This document shows positions 1 to 9,964 of a DNA stretch of 64,000 nt, one piece after another. Origin of the DNA: an uncultured Methylomirabilota bacterium (GTDB lineage Bacteria > Methylomirabilota > Methylomirabilia > Methylomirabilales > 2-02-FULL-66-22); the NCBI GenBank assembly GCA_963845565.1, contig CAWJSJ010000002.1:1760001-1824000 (forward strand). Direction: 5' to 3'. The notes below the pieces were generated by a model. The model saw nothing but the letters and a program-made list of their open reading frames with translations, was not told where the DNA came from and searched no databases. The translations under genes were made by a program, and so were the position numbers. Every line of letters begins with the position of its first letter. Within the stretch, counting starts at the first letter, position 1.

Positions 1-1106
1 TGGCGATGGCCTACGTGGGGATCGTGTCGCCGACGGCCGTCAAGAAGCACGGCGAGAATTACGGGCGCAACCCGGTCGGGACCGGCCCATTCAAGTTCGT
101 GGAGTGGCGGACCAACACCAGCATCACCATCGAGAAGAACAACGACTACTGGGGCGACAAGGCCCTGGTGGACCGCGTGGTCTTCAAGGTGGTGCCCGAG
201 GAAGGCGCCCGCATGATCTCCTTGCGGACGGGCGAAGCGGACATGGTCCTGATCCCGTCGCCGGCCGAGCTCCCGAATCTCAAGCGCGAGGGGAAATTCA
301 ACGTGTACGAGGTGGTCGGCGGCCGGATCATCTTCGTGGGGTTCAACCTGGCCAAGCCCATCGTGAATGACCCGCTGGTGCGCCAAGCCATGTTCCACGC
401 CGTAAACATCAACACGATCCTCGACAACATCTACGAGGGGTCGGCGGTTCGGCCGAAGAGCTACCTGGCCCCGAGCGTGTTCGGTTTCAAGGACATGCAG
501 TTCGACAAGCTGTATCCGTACGACAAGGCCAAGGCCAAGGCGCTCTTCGCCAAGGCGGGCTGGACGCCCGGGCCCGACGGGATTCTGCAGAAGGGCGGGC
601 AGAAGATGACGTTGTCCTGGCTGGCCTCACGCGGTCGGTATCTGAAGGACGCCGAGATGGCCGAGGCCGCGCAGGCGCAACTCAAGGAGGTCGGCGTGGA
701 CGCTCGACTCCAGTTCCTGGAGTGGGGTGCGGTGTTCAGCCAGATGCGCTCGGCCAATCTGGACCACCACATGTACACCTTCGGATGGATTACCACCAAC
801 AACGACGCCGATTACACCATGTACTCCTCGTTTCTGTGCAAGAGTGAGCCGCCGGCCGGTTGGAACCGGGCCCGGTACTGCAACGAGAAGGCGGATGCGC
901 TGATCGCGAAGGCGCGAAGTAGCGTGGATCAACCGGCGCGCGAGAAGATGTACGGCGAGGTCCAGACCATCATGGCCAAGGAACCGATCTGGATCCCGGT
1001 GGCCAACACCAAGGAAGTCGTCGTTACCCAGCGGTATGTCCGCGGTTTCTCGGTGCATCCGGTGGAGTACAATCTGGACCTGACCAAGGTCTGGATGGAC
1101 AAGTAG
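1..1106 (+). CDS. ABC transporter substrate-binding protein, family 5 (peptide/glutathione/nickel); 5' end probably lies outside the window
   Basis: PVGTGPFKFVEW, NxDYWG and DPLVRQAMFHAVN motifs of SBP_bac_5; followed by two permeases. Confidence 0.92.
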   Translation, partial: AMAYVGIVSPTAVKKHGENYGRNPVGTGPFKFVEWRTNTSITIEKNNDYWGDKALVDRVVFKVVPEEGARMISLRTGEADMVLIPSPAELPNLKREGKFNVYEVVGGRIIFVGFNLAKPIVNDPLVRQAMFHAVNINTILDNIYEGSAVRPKSYLAPSVFGFKDMQFDKLYPYDKAKAKALFAKAGWTPGPDGILQKGGQKMTLSWLASRGRYLKDAEMAEAAQAQLKEVGVDARLQFLEWGAVFSQMRSANLDHHMYTFGWITTNNDADYTMYSSFLCKSEPPAGWNRARYCNEKADALIAKARSSVDQPAREKMYGEVQTIMAKEPIWIPVANTKEVVVTQRYVRGFSVHPVEYNLDLTKVWMDK

Positions 1107-1173
1107 CCGACCGGTCAACCTCGATTCGCCAGGATGCCCCCGGGCCAGGGCGCCCGGGGGCATCCACCTTTTT

Positions 1174-2097
1174 GTGATGCTCATCTATCTGTTGCGCCGA
1201 CTACTGCAATCCGTTCCGGTGGTCCTGGGTGTGATCTTTGCGGTCATGCTGACGATCGAGATGATCCCAGGGGATCCGGTGACACTCATGCTGGGCGAGC
1301 ACGCCACCCAGGAGTCGGTTGCGGCTGTCCGCGAAGCCCTCGGCCTGGACAAGCCGCTCCTCGTCCGGTATGCGCAGTACATCGGGAACCTCCTTCACGG
1401 CGATCTGGGGCGGTCCATCCGCGAGCGGCGACTCGTGAGCCAGGAACTGGCCGACGTGTGGCCCGCTACGCTGGAACTCACGACGGCTGCGCTCGCGATT
1501 GCGGTTATCTTCGGGGTGCTGGCGGGGGTGGTCTCGGCGGTGTGGCCGAACTCCTTCTTCGACGGGGTGATGCGGCTCGGCTCGCTCTTCGGTCTCTCCA
1601 TGCCCGTCTTCTGGACGGGCCTCACCCTGATCATTTTCTTCAGCCTTTGGCTTCCCTGGCTACCCGTAGGGGGGAGCGGATCGCTGCGCCATCTCATCAT
1701 GCCTGCCGTCACGCTGGCGCTGCCATCGCTGGCGATGGTGGCGCGTATGACGCGCTCCAGCGTCCTGGAGGTGCTGCGCGAGGACTACATCCGGACGGCG
1801 CGGGCGAAGGGGGTGCGGGAGCAGGTGGTGGTCCTCAAGCATGGCTTGCGCAATGCGTGCATCCCGATCGTGACGCTGCTGGGGTTGCAGGTGGGGCAAC
1901 TCCTGGGCGGTGCGGTCCTGACGGAGACGGTGTTTGCCTGGCCGGGGATGGGCCGGCTGATCGTGCGGGCCATCTTCGCCCGCGACTACATCCTGCTGCA
2001 GGGAGCCATCCTGGTCTTCGCGCTGGCTTTCGTGCTCATCAATCTGATCGTGGACATCTCGTATGCGATGTTCGATCCGCGGGTGAGCCGACGGTGA
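1174..2097 (+). CDS. ABC transporter permease, DppB/GsiC-like
   Basis: IPGDP, GLDKPLLVRY, GDLGRS, EDYIRTARAKG (EAA loop) and C-terminal DPRV. Confidence 0.93.
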   Translation: MMLIYLLRRLLQSVPVVLGVIFAVMLTIEMIPGDPVTLMLGEHATQESVAAVREALGLDKPLLVRYAQYIGNLLHGDLGRSIRERRLVSQELADVWPATLELTTAALAIAVIFGVLAGVVSAVWPNSFFDGVMRLGSLFGLSMPVFWTGLTLIIFFSLWLPWLPVGGSGSLRHLIMPAVTLALPSLAMVARMTRSSVLEVLREDYIRTARAKGVREQVVVLKHGLRNACIPIVTLLGLQVGQLLGGAVLTETVFAWPGMGRLIVRAIFARDYILLQGAILVFALAFVLINLIVDISYAMFDPRVSRR

Positions 2098-2189
2098 CGA
2101 TCGGCGAGCCACGAGCCACGAGCCAAGGCGGGCATTTCTGTCAATCAGCGCCATCTGTGTAATCTGCGGATGAATCGTCGGGGTCGTCG

Positions 2190-3050
2190 GTGACGGACAG
2201 TTCTGGGGTTTCGGCAATCAAGGCGGATGCGTGGAAGCGGTTCTGGCGGAATCGTCTGGCCGTGGTGGGCCTCGCGATCGTGGCGTGCTTGTTGCTCGCC
2301 GCGATCCTTGCGCCGCTGCTCGCGCCTCACGATCCTGGCCTCCAGGATCTGGCTGCCAAACGCACCCCGCCCGGCGCGCGGTTTCTCTTGGGGGCGGACG
2401 AGTTCGGTCGGGACATCCTGAGCCGGATCATCTACGGAACGCGCGTCGCCCTGCTGGTCGGGACCGTCTCGGTCGGGATCGCGCTTGTGCTGGGACTGTT
2501 CTTCGGGATCGTCTCGGGGTACGTGGGTGGAGTTCTGGATAGCCTGGTCAGCCGGGGGATGGAGATCTTCTTGGCCTTCCCCTATCTGCTGCTGGCCATC
2601 GCCGTGGTGAGCGCCCTTGGCCCGGGCGTCCTCAACACGACGCTGGCCGTGGGAATCTGGGCCATGCCGGCCTTCACCCGGATCGTCCGGGCCTCGGTGC
2701 TGTCCCTTCGGGAGATGGACTACATCCAGGCGGCCCGCGCCATGGGCGCGCCCACCCGGGCCATCCTCCTGCGGCACCTGCTGCCGAATTTCCTGCCGAC
2801 GCTCATCGTGTACTCGACGCTCTACATGGCCAACGCCATCCTGGTGGAGGCGGCGCTGTCGTTCCTGGGCCTGGGCGTGCAGCCCCCGACCGCCTCCTGG
2901 GGATTGATGGTGGCCACGGGCCGCGACTTCCTGTTGCTGGCACCCCACATCACCACGATTCCCGGCCTCGCCATCATGCTGGCCGTCCTCGGCTTCAACC
3001 TCCTGGGCGACGGTTTACGCGACGCCCTCGACCCCAGACTCAGGACCTGA
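2190..3050 (+). CDS. ABC transporter permease, DppC/GsiD-like
   Basis: LGADEFGRDILSRIIYG, DYIQAARAMGA, LSFLGLGVQPP and NLLGDGLRDALDPR; start uncertain. Confidence 0.92.
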   Translation: MTDSSGVSAIKADAWKRFWRNRLAVVGLAIVACLLLAAILAPLLAPHDPGLQDLAAKRTPPGARFLLGADEFGRDILSRIIYGTRVALLVGTVSVGIALVLGLFFGIVSGYVGGVLDSLVSRGMEIFLAFPYLLLAIAVVSALGPGVLNTTLAVGIWAMPAFTRIVRASVLSLREMDYIQAARAMGAPTRAILLRHLLPNFLPTLIVYSTLYMANAILVEAALSFLGLGVQPPTASWGLMVATGRDFLLLAPHITTIPGLAIMLAVLGFNLLGDGLRDALDPRLRT

Positions 3051-3181
3051 ACCGCAAAGGGCGTAAGGCCTCGAACCGAGTCCGCCCCCAAAGCGCAGCC
3101 AAACGCTGTCCGCGCATTCCAACGCCACAAGACCGTATCCACGTACGGCCTGCGCTCCCCAACGGGGGCCGCGAGTACGGC

Positions 3182-3210
3182 TTGACAGCCCATATGTCCA
3201 GTGTTAGCGT
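3182..3210 (+). promoter_or_regulatory. Putative sigma-70 promoter upstream of hicBA
   Basis: TTGACA-17 nt-TAGCGT. Confidence 0.45.
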
Positions 3211-3344
3211 GCCCTTGTATCAAGGATCGGATCTCAACGAGGCCGAAATGTGTTCGGGGGCTGTCGAAGGGGGTAATTCCGAAGATTCGCAGCGAACGGA
3301 TACCGTTGTTGTGTGAAAGAGGCGGGTGGCGGGGGGGAGTTGCT

Positions 3345-3548
3345 ATGGAATACCCGGTGGTGCTGGAGAGGGATAAAGAGGCGGGTGGTTATGTAGTCTA
3401 TTGTCCGACGCTGAGAGGTTGTGTGTCTCAGGGGGAGACCGAGGAAGAAGCCCTGGAGAACATCAAGGACGCGATCCGGACCTACTTGCTTGGACTGGAG
3501 GACCTCAAGACCCTGAAAAGAATGCGGACCGTTGAGGTTACATTGTGA
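3345..3548 (+). CDS. hicB: HicB-family antitoxin (short form)
   Basis: YPVVLE..GGYVVYCPTLRGCVSQGETEEEALENIKDAI; GGAG RBS; 4-nt overlap with hicA. Confidence 0.88.
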   Translation: MEYPVVLERDKEAGGYVVYCPTLRGCVSQGETEEEALENIKDAIRTYLLGLEDLKTLKRMRTVEVTL

Positions 3549-3757
3549 CCCACCTGTCCCAGGTCTCCCATGAGCGGGTCGTTCGCGCTCTGGAGCGGCG
3601 GGGTTTTTGGATTCTTCGCCAGGGAAAGCATATTGCCATGACCGACGGCAAGGTCCTTCTCATCATTCCGCGGCAGCACACCATCAAACCGGGTACTCTC
3701 CGCCAGATCCTTGACGCCGCCAATCTGACCGCCGAGGAGTTCCGGGATCTCCTTTGA
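3545..3757 (+). CDS. hicA: HicA-family toxin
   Basis: VVRALERRGF..RQGKH..IP..IKPGTLRQIL; 70 aa. Confidence 0.88.
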   Translation: MTHLSQVSHERVVRALERRGFWILRQGKHIAMTDGKVLLIIPRQHTIKPGTLRQILDAANLTAEEFRDLL

Positions 3758-3777
3758 AGTCCACCAAGGGTGTCCGG

Positions 3778-4026
3778 ATGCAAGGTCCGCTCTGGACGGA
3801 CTTGAGTGGGGTCGGGCTGTTTCTGACATATCTTGGCTTCAACCTTCTGTATTCCAGGTACGGTGCGTCACAATACGTCCTCTATGCGGTGCTATCCATC
3901 ATCACGACAACAATCATTGTTGGTATTTGGTGGTTAAAGGAGCCGGTGCGGCGGTTGTGCTCTTCTCGATTGGCCAGTCAACGGCTTAACGCGCGACTTG
4001 ACCGGATAGGTTTCAGCCGCCGGTGA
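3778..4026 (+). CDS. Small membrane protein, possibly a remnant of a DMT/EamA-like gene
   Basis: Two hydrophobic stretches ending in GIWWLKEP; lower GC than its neighbours. Confidence 0.35.
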   Translation: MQGPLWTDLSGVGLFLTYLGFNLLYSRYGASQYVLYAVLSIITTTIIVGIWWLKEPVRRLCSSRLASQRLNARLDRIGFSRR

Positions 4027-4072
4027 TCTGTGGCGCTTGGGTATTGAAATCAACCCTTGAAAGGAGAAGCGC

Positions 4073-4762
4073 ATGAAAAAGTATGGCGCAGAGTTCTTCG
4101 GGACATTTTGGCTGGTTCTTGGCGGATGCGGCAGTGCGGTGTTGGCCGCTGCCTTTCCCAGCGTCGGCATTGGTCTGCTTGGTGTTTCGCTGGCCTTCGG
4201 TCTGACAGTACTGACGATGGCCTACGCGATTGGACACATATCTGGCTGTCACCTCAATCCGGCCGTTTCTGTCGGGCTCTGGGCCGGCGGTCGTTTTCCC
4301 GCGAACCAGCTTGTGCCTTACATCATCGCACAGGTCTTGGGCGGGGTTGTCGCGGGCGGCGTCCTCTATATCATTGCCAGCGGAAAGGCCGGGTTCGACG
4401 TAGCCAAGGGGTTCGCTGCGAATGGCTACGGCGCGCACTCGATCGGCGGCTACTCGCTGTTGGCCGGTCTGGTCACCGAGATCGTCATGACGATGATGTT
4501 CTTGATCATCATTCTGGGTGCAACGGACAAGCGGGCACCGCAAGGATTCGCCCCGCTGGCGATCGGTCTGGGTCTGACACTGATCCACCTGATCAGCATC
4601 CCGGTCACCCAGACATCGGTGAACCCGGCACGCAGTACGGGCGTAGCCATGTTTGTCGGCGACTGGGCGACAGCTCAGCTATGGCTCTTCTGGATTGCTC
4701 CGATTGTTGGTGCTCTCATTGGCGCGGCTATCTATCGGTTCATCGGCAGCACCGAGGACTGA
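4073..4762 (+). CDS. aqpZ: Aquaporin Z
   Basis: [26 protein letters not shown] and SVNPARS (two NPA boxes). Confidence 0.97.
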   Translation: MKKYGAEFFGTFWLVLGGCGSAVLAAAFPSVGIGLLGVSLAFGLTVLTMAYAIGHISGCHLNPAVSVGLWAGGRFPANQLVPYIIAQVLGGVVAGGVLYIIASGKAGFDVAKGFAANGYGAHSIGGYSLLAGLVTEIVMTMMFLIIILGATDKRAPQGFAPLAIGLGLTLIHLISIPVTQTSVNPARSTGVAMFVGDWATAQLWLFWIAPIVGALIGAAIYRFIGSTED

Positions 4763-4849
4763 TCGCTATCGTGCCTGACCACCGGTTGTCGCATGCGGCT
4801 CACGGCCGCCGCCGAACCGGCGCGTAGGGCAGATACGGAATTGTGAGCG

Positions 4850-5040
4850 GGATCGATTCCGCCGCGAACAACCACCAGCGATTCGTGCGTGCGCAAACGG
4901 CGGACCCTTTCGTCTGGCCCGGGTGCGATCAACAGTTCGGGGTCTCAGTCCACCGATACCGCGATCGTCCGTGGGCCGAGCTTGTCGAGTTGTGGGTCGG
5001 CCTCAATCGTCATGTGGCCCAGATCAACGAGGGCGTGCCG
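4850..5040 (+). pseudogene. Internal fragment of a DinB-family gene
   Basis: IDSAANNHQRFVRAQ...WAELVELWVGLNRHVAQI resembles DinB_2 proteins; no credible N- or C-terminus. Confidence 0.55.
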
Positions 5041-5049
5041 CCTACACGC

Positions 5050-5151
5050 CACGGAGGTCGGACGAGGCGTCAGCGTGCGCGTGCCGGTGGTCGTCATCAA
5101 CGGCAAGGCGGACCGACCGGTGTTCGCGGTGACGGCAGGCGTGCGCGACGC
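5050..5151 (+). pseudogene. Degenerate copy of the N-terminal part of the AstE/AspA gene (7634-7735)
   Basis: TEVGRGVSVRVPVVVINGKADRPVFAVTAGVRDA vs TDVGRGITVRMPVVVINGKADGPVFAVTAGVHGA. Confidence 0.8.
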
Positions 5152-5255
5152 TCTGGACCCGCGGCTCAGACCCTAAACCGGCTCGTCCCTTCCGGCTTCC
5201 AGTTGCCAGCTGCCAACTGCCTGCTGCGCCTTATCCGCACTGCGCCTTGTCTGCC

Positions 5256-5284
5256 TTGACACGGCCTCCGGTGTGGGCTAGGTT
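5256..5284 (+). promoter_or_regulatory. Putative sigma-70 promoter upstream of the collagen-like gene
   Basis: TTGACA-17 nt-TAGGTT. Confidence 0.4.
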
Positions 5285-5581
5285 TGGGCCGTTCCAGCGG
5301 TTCCCCGGACGCGTCCGGTGAGGCACTCGCCAATCCCGACGGGCCCTGGGGCCGCGCGATTCCGGAGCGGGTACATCTCAACCAAAGGTAATCGGCCCGC
5401 GACCACACGGCGGTGACTCAGGGAGACCTTTCTGGGCATTCTCGGGCTTCGTCCCGCGGAGATGACACATGCTGATTCGGTGCGGTTCCCTGCTTTCTCC
5501 TGGGAGAACCGACACGATCAGGCAGGTGGTGTCCGGTACCGTTTCCGCTGTTACCCTTGACGCGAAAGGGAGGTGGTGGTC

Positions 5582-6058
5582 ATGGCCAAAAAACCAACCG
5601 GAAAACCCATCAAGAAGAAAACACCGGCGGTTCGGGCAAAGGTGACCAAGGCAAAGGCCGCTGCGGCGCGCAAGCCTGCGACCGCTGAGCGCCTCGACGC
5701 CCTGGAAACTGGCTTGGCCGACCTGGCCCGCAAACTGGGTAAGCTGACCCGCACGGCGGGACCAGCGGGCCCCGCGGGACCGGCCGGCGCGAAAGGAGAC
5801 AAGGGTGAACCCGGCGCGCAAGGTTCACCAGGCCCGAGGGGCGAGCGGGGCGAAACCGGGCCGCAAGGTATTCCCGGCATGAAGGGTGAGGCCGGACACC
5901 AAGGCCCGGCCGGACTCAAAGGCGAGCCTGGTCTGCAAGGGCCTGCGGGACCGAAAGGAGACAAGGGTGAACTTGGCCCGCAAGGTCCGTCTGGACCAAA
6001 GGGCGAGAAGGGAGATCGTGGCCCCCAGGGCCCCCAAGGCCCCCCAGCGTCTGCCTGA
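5582..6058 (+). CDS. Collagen-like protein (32 uninterrupted Gly-X-Y triplets) with Lys/Ala-rich N-terminus
   Basis: [18 protein letters not shown]... to GPQGPP; GGAGG RBS. Confidence 0.85.
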   Translation: MAKKPTGKPIKKKTPAVRAKVTKAKAAAARKPATAERLDALETGLADLARKLGKLTRTAGPAGPAGPAGAKGDKGEPGAQGSPGPRGERGETGPQGIPGMKGEAGHQGPAGLKGEPGLQGPAGPKGDKGELGPQGPSGPKGEKGDRGPQGPQGPPASA

Positions 6059-6640
6059 TGGTGGGAACGGGCAGGCGTTCAAAAACGGCACCGGACACCA
6101 TTTTGAAGCTGACTGCCTGATCTCGCAGAGGCAGGGATCCAGTTCTGGGCAGCGTACGGAGCGGGGTGCAGGGACGCCGCTCTTCGGAAACGGAGGTTTT
6201 GTCGCAGTCGGTCGTGCGGGTGGGAGCGGACGGTCTCTGGGGTACATTCGCCAGTGAACGTGGTCGCTGGCGTCGGATCACGCCGGCAACAGACATGTGC
6301 CCGCGTTACCTGAGCTCGGTCTGGGCAGGCTACCTGTTGGCCGACCTGTTCAAGACATTCTTTATCCCCAACGGAATCTCAGTCTTGTCCTGCACGCCCG
6401 CCGCGGAGCCCGTTCTCTCGCCATCACGAACCTCGTTGGCCGGATCCGCCATGCTTGACTGCTCGCCGTTGTCCATGGCATGGACGATTCCATGCGAGTC
6501 TTCTGGGGGCTCATCACGTCCTCACGTGGCAGGGCCCGCTGCTTCTTGCCGCGCCGAGGAGATCCGTGCGGGCGGATGCCCCGACGCGCTGCGCGGATCG
6601 GCGGTCTCCCCTTCGCGCGCCTCGATGCGAAAGGTGGCGT

Positions 6641-7321
6641 ATGCGTATCAGCGCGGTGGTGTTCGATTTTGACGGCCTGATCCTCGATACGGAAAGCACC
6701 GACTTTCAGGCCTGGCAGGAAGTGTTTGCCGCGCATGGCTGCGAGTTGGGTCTGGAGGTGTGGGCCGACTGCATCGGGCGCCCATCGGGATACTTCGATC
6801 CGTACGATCATCTTGAGCGGCTCCATGGCGCCCCGATCGACCGTGCCCGCATCGACGCGCAGCGCCGCGGTCGGCTCCGGAAGCTCAACCTGCGGCAGCC
6901 GATCCTTCCAGGCGTCGTCGACTATCTCTGTGCGGCGCGAGGGATGGCGCTGAAGATCGGGCTGGCCTCCAGTGCGGATCGCGCCTGGGTGCACGGGCAC
7001 CTGGAGCGACTGGGCCTGCTTGGCTACTTCGACGCGACCAAGTGCGTCGAGGATACCGGCGCGCACAAACCCGACCCCGGCCCGTACCTGGCCGTGCTCG
7101 ACACGCTCGACGTCGCGCCCGGCGGGGCCGTGGCCTTCGAGGATTCGCCCCCCGGCATCGCTGCGGCCAAGGCGGCCGGGATGTGGTGCGTGGCCGTGCC
7201 CAACCCGATCACCCGGCAGTTGCACCTCGGCCGCGCCGACTGTCTGTTGGAATCGCTCGCTGCGATGCCGCTGCGGACGCTGCTGGCGCAACTCGATGGA
7301 GCAGAGGCGTCGGAACCGTGA
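6641..7321 (+). CDS. HAD-superfamily hydrolase (subfamily IA)
   Basis: FDFDGLILDTE motif I, ASSA motif II, KPDP and FEDSPPG. Confidence 0.92.
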   Translation: MRISAVVFDFDGLILDTESTDFQAWQEVFAAHGCELGLEVWADCIGRPSGYFDPYDHLERLHGAPIDRARIDAQRRGRLRKLNLRQPILPGVVDYLCAARGMALKIGLASSADRAWVHGHLERLGLLGYFDATKCVEDTGAHKPDPGPYLAVLDTLDVAPGGAVAFEDSPPGIAAAKAAGMWCVAVPNPITRQLHLGRADCLLESLAAMPLRTLLAQLDGAEASEP

Positions 7322-7344
7322 GAGAGGGGCCGAGACGTCCGCAG

Positions 7345-7551
7345 CAACATCGCGGAGTCGCGGTCAAACCGGACGACATCCTCTTCGGAAATGACGACGG
7401 GATCATGGTCGCGACGGCGCAGGACTTGGTCGAGGCGATTCCGGTCGCCGAAGCAATCCAGTCGGAAGAGGAGACGGCGCTTTCGCGGATGCGGGAGGGA
7501 GCGAGCCTTGCCGCCCTGGGTGCCGGCGGGTTCCCTGATTATCAAACGTAA
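7345..7551 (+). pseudogene. C-terminal fragment of an RraA/HMG-aldolase-family gene
   Basis: GVAVKPDDILFGNDDGIMV matches the RraA-type GVxVxPGDxxxGDxDGVVV segment; no start; stop just before the AstE RBS. Confidence 0.55.
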
Positions 7552-7562
7552 GGAGAAACGCG

Positions 7563-8525
7563 ATGTCCACGAAACCAATATCAGTGGGAGAGATCACGGC
7601 GCAGCCTGGTCAGGTGGCACGGGGATTCCTAACCACGGACGTCGGGCGAGGCATCACCGTTCGGATGCCGGTGGTCGTGATCAACGGCAAGGCCGACGGG
7701 CCGGTATTCGCGGTAACGGCAGGGGTCCACGGCGCGGAGTATCCGGGGATCGAGGCGGCCATCCGGCTGTCCCGGACGCTGGATCCCTCTGAGGTGCGGG
7801 GCGCGGTGATCGTCGTCCCCGTGGTGAGCGTTCCCGCCTATCAGCGGCGAGCGATCTACGTGAACCCCCTGGACGGGATCAACTTCAATCGCGTCTGTCC
7901 CGGAAACCCGGTGGGGACGATCACCGAGATCATGGCCGATTTGCTGTTCAAGAATGTGATCGCGCAGGCCGATCACTACATTGACTTGCACGGCGGCGAC
8001 ATGATCGAGGCACTGGTCCCGTTCACGTTGTATTACAAGTCCGGAAACGAGGCGGTTGACGCCGCATCCAAGGCGCTGGCCGAGGCGTACGGCATCCCGA
8101 TCATCCTGGGGACGACGGTCCTACGGGGTGGGGCCTACGGGGCGGCGGCGGCGATGGGGAAGCCGGCGATTCTTACGGAGGCTGGCGGACAGGGGATCCT
8201 GGACGAACCTTCGACGCAGACACACATCCGCGGGGTACTGAACGTCCTTAAGAAATTCGGCGGGCTCCCGGGCGCGCCCGAGCCCGGGCCGCCGCCTGTC
8301 TACTACAACAAGTTCGTCTGGCTGGCAGCCGACCAGGACTGCGTGTACTACCCGAAGGTCACGGTCGGACAGCAGGTGAAGGAGGGGCAAGTGATCGCCG
8401 AGTTCACCGACCTGTTCGGGGAGAAGATCGGCGAGTTGAAGTCCCCCGCCACGGGCCCCGTGCTGTTTCTGGTCACGTCGCCCGCCATCAACAAGAGCGA
8501 CCCGCTGATGGCGATCGGCGCCTAG
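7563..8525 (+). CDS. Succinylglutamate desuccinylase/aspartoacylase (M14-like) family protein
   Basis: AGVHGAE, NFNRVCPG, IDLHGG, TEAGG and a C-terminal hybrid-like tail. Confidence 0.9.
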   Translation: MSTKPISVGEITAQPGQVARGFLTTDVGRGITVRMPVVVINGKADGPVFAVTAGVHGAEYPGIEAAIRLSRTLDPSEVRGAVIVVPVVSVPAYQRRAIYVNPLDGINFNRVCPGNPVGTITEIMADLLFKNVIAQADHYIDLHGGDMIEALVPFTLYYKSGNEAVDAASKALAEAYGIPIILGTTVLRGGAYGAAAAMGKPAILTEAGGQGILDEPSTQTHIRGVLNVLKKFGGLPGAPEPGPPPVYYNKFVWLAADQDCVYYPKVTVGQQVKEGQVIAEFTDLFGEKIGELKSPATGPVLFLVTSPAINKSDPLMAIGA

Positions 8526-8575
8526 CGAGGGTTGGGGAGCAGGAGAGCACACGCCTCTGGTTGGAGGGACGGCGG

Positions 8576-9679
8576 ATGACGATGGGTGTGGAGTGTCCGA
8601 AGTGCGGCTTGCTCCAGTTGCCGGGGCCGACCTGCGCGTCCTGCCAGGCGCCGCTTCGCAGTTCGCCCCACGCGCCTTCGCCACCACCGGAGCAGAGACC
8701 GCCCGCGGGCGGTCCGGGGCTCGGACCCGGCACGCACACGATGCACCGGCTCGCGTTCCATGGCGCGGGTGGCTCCCTGCTGGGCATCCACATCGTCAAC
8801 GTGCTTCTCACCATCGTGACACTCGGTGTCTACTACTTCTGGGCAAAAGTGCGGGTGCGAAGTTACATCCTCAGCCAGACAGAATGTGCGGGAGACCGCT
8901 TCGCATACCACGGGACGGGCAGGGAACTGCTGCTTGGTTTCGTCAAGGCGGTGTTGCTGATCGGCATACCCTTCCTTCTCCTGGACCTGGGCATCGATCT
9001 GGTCGCCCGTGGGCCGGTCGCGCAGGCCGCAGGCGGTCTTCTTTCCTACGTGGCGATTCTCGCTTTCTTCGCCTTCGCAACGGTCGGCGCCCGCCGTTAT
9101 CGCCTGAGCCGCACATCCTGGCGGGGCGTTCGCTTCTCGTTCCGAGGCCGGGTGCTGGAATTCCTCAGGCTCTTCGTCGGGGGGTCGTTGCTCACCACGA
9201 TCACCATCGGCCTGTACTACCCCTTCTTCGATACCCGGCGGCATGGGTTTCTGGTGTCACAATCGTACTTCGGCAATCAGACGTTTTCTTTCGATGGCCG
9301 TGGAAGGGACCTCTTCGGCCAGTATCTGCTGACCTTGCTGATCTTGGTTCCGACCTTGGGCATGTGCTGGTTCTGGTTTCTGGCGAGGAAACAGCGTTAT
9401 TTCTGGGCCCACACCTGGTTCGGCGCCGCTCGATTTCGTTCCACGGTGACCGGGGGTCGGCTCTTGTTGCTCAGTGCGGGGAATGCGCTGCTCCTGATCC
9501 TGACGCTCGGATTCGCCTGGCCATGGGTCGTGGTGCGCAACGCGCGATTCGCGTGTACCTATCTGACCATCGAGGGGCCCTTCGATCTGACGACCGTCCA
9601 ACAGGAGGCACAGGCGGCCTCCACGACGGGCGAGGGTTTGGCGGGCATTCTCGACGCGGGTTTCGATATCGGCTTGTAG
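8576..9679 (+). CDS. YjgN/DUF898 membrane protein with N-terminal Cys ribbon
   Basis: VNVLLTIVTLGVYYFWAKVR, FAYHGTGREL and RYRLSRTSWRGVRFSF; CPKC/CASC at the N-terminus. Confidence 0.88.
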   Translation: MTMGVECPKCGLLQLPGPTCASCQAPLRSSPHAPSPPPEQRPPAGGPGLGPGTHTMHRLAFHGAGGSLLGIHIVNVLLTIVTLGVYYFWAKVRVRSYILSQTECAGDRFAYHGTGRELLLGFVKAVLLIGIPFLLLDLGIDLVARGPVAQAAGGLLSYVAILAFFAFATVGARRYRLSRTSWRGVRFSFRGRVLEFLRLFVGGSLLTTITIGLYYPFFDTRRHGFLVSQSYFGNQTFSFDGRGRDLFGQYLLTLLILVPTLGMCWFWFLARKQRYFWAHTWFGAARFRSTVTGGRLLLLSAGNALLLILTLGFAWPWVVVRNARFACTYLTIEGPFDLTTVQQEAQAASTTGEGLAGILDAGFDIGL

Positions 9680-9845
9680 CAGGCGGGTGAAAAAGGCCCA
9701 TCTGCGAGGACCCATCCTTTGGGTGGGTACCCCGCCGGCCTCGGCATTCGCTGCGGCGTACTTCCAGTACGCCTGGACCCAGATGCGCTGGGTACCCCGG
9801 CCGTCGGCCCGCCGCCTGGCATCTGGACCTTTTTTGAGCAGCCTG
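9680..9845. mobile_element. MITE/REP-like element with imperfect ~25-bp terminal inverted repeats
   Basis: CAGGCGGGTGAAAAAGGCCCATCTG ... CATCTGGACCTTTTTTGAGCAGCCTG; central GGCGTAC/GTACGCC hairpin. Confidence 0.65.
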
Positions 9846-9964
9846 GGCGAAAACGCGTTTCTCGGCACCGTGCGGACCCGGAGTCCGTGCCTGGGGCCCC
9901 CGGCGACAATCGGTGCGGCCGCTCGACGGGCGCGGCCGGGGATATCGGATCGGTAACCGGAACC

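Noticed and set aside
5290..5570. Glycine riboswitch before the Gly-rich collagen gene
   Set aside because: Only CTCAGG and GGAGA fragments; no CCGAAG or proper aptamer order
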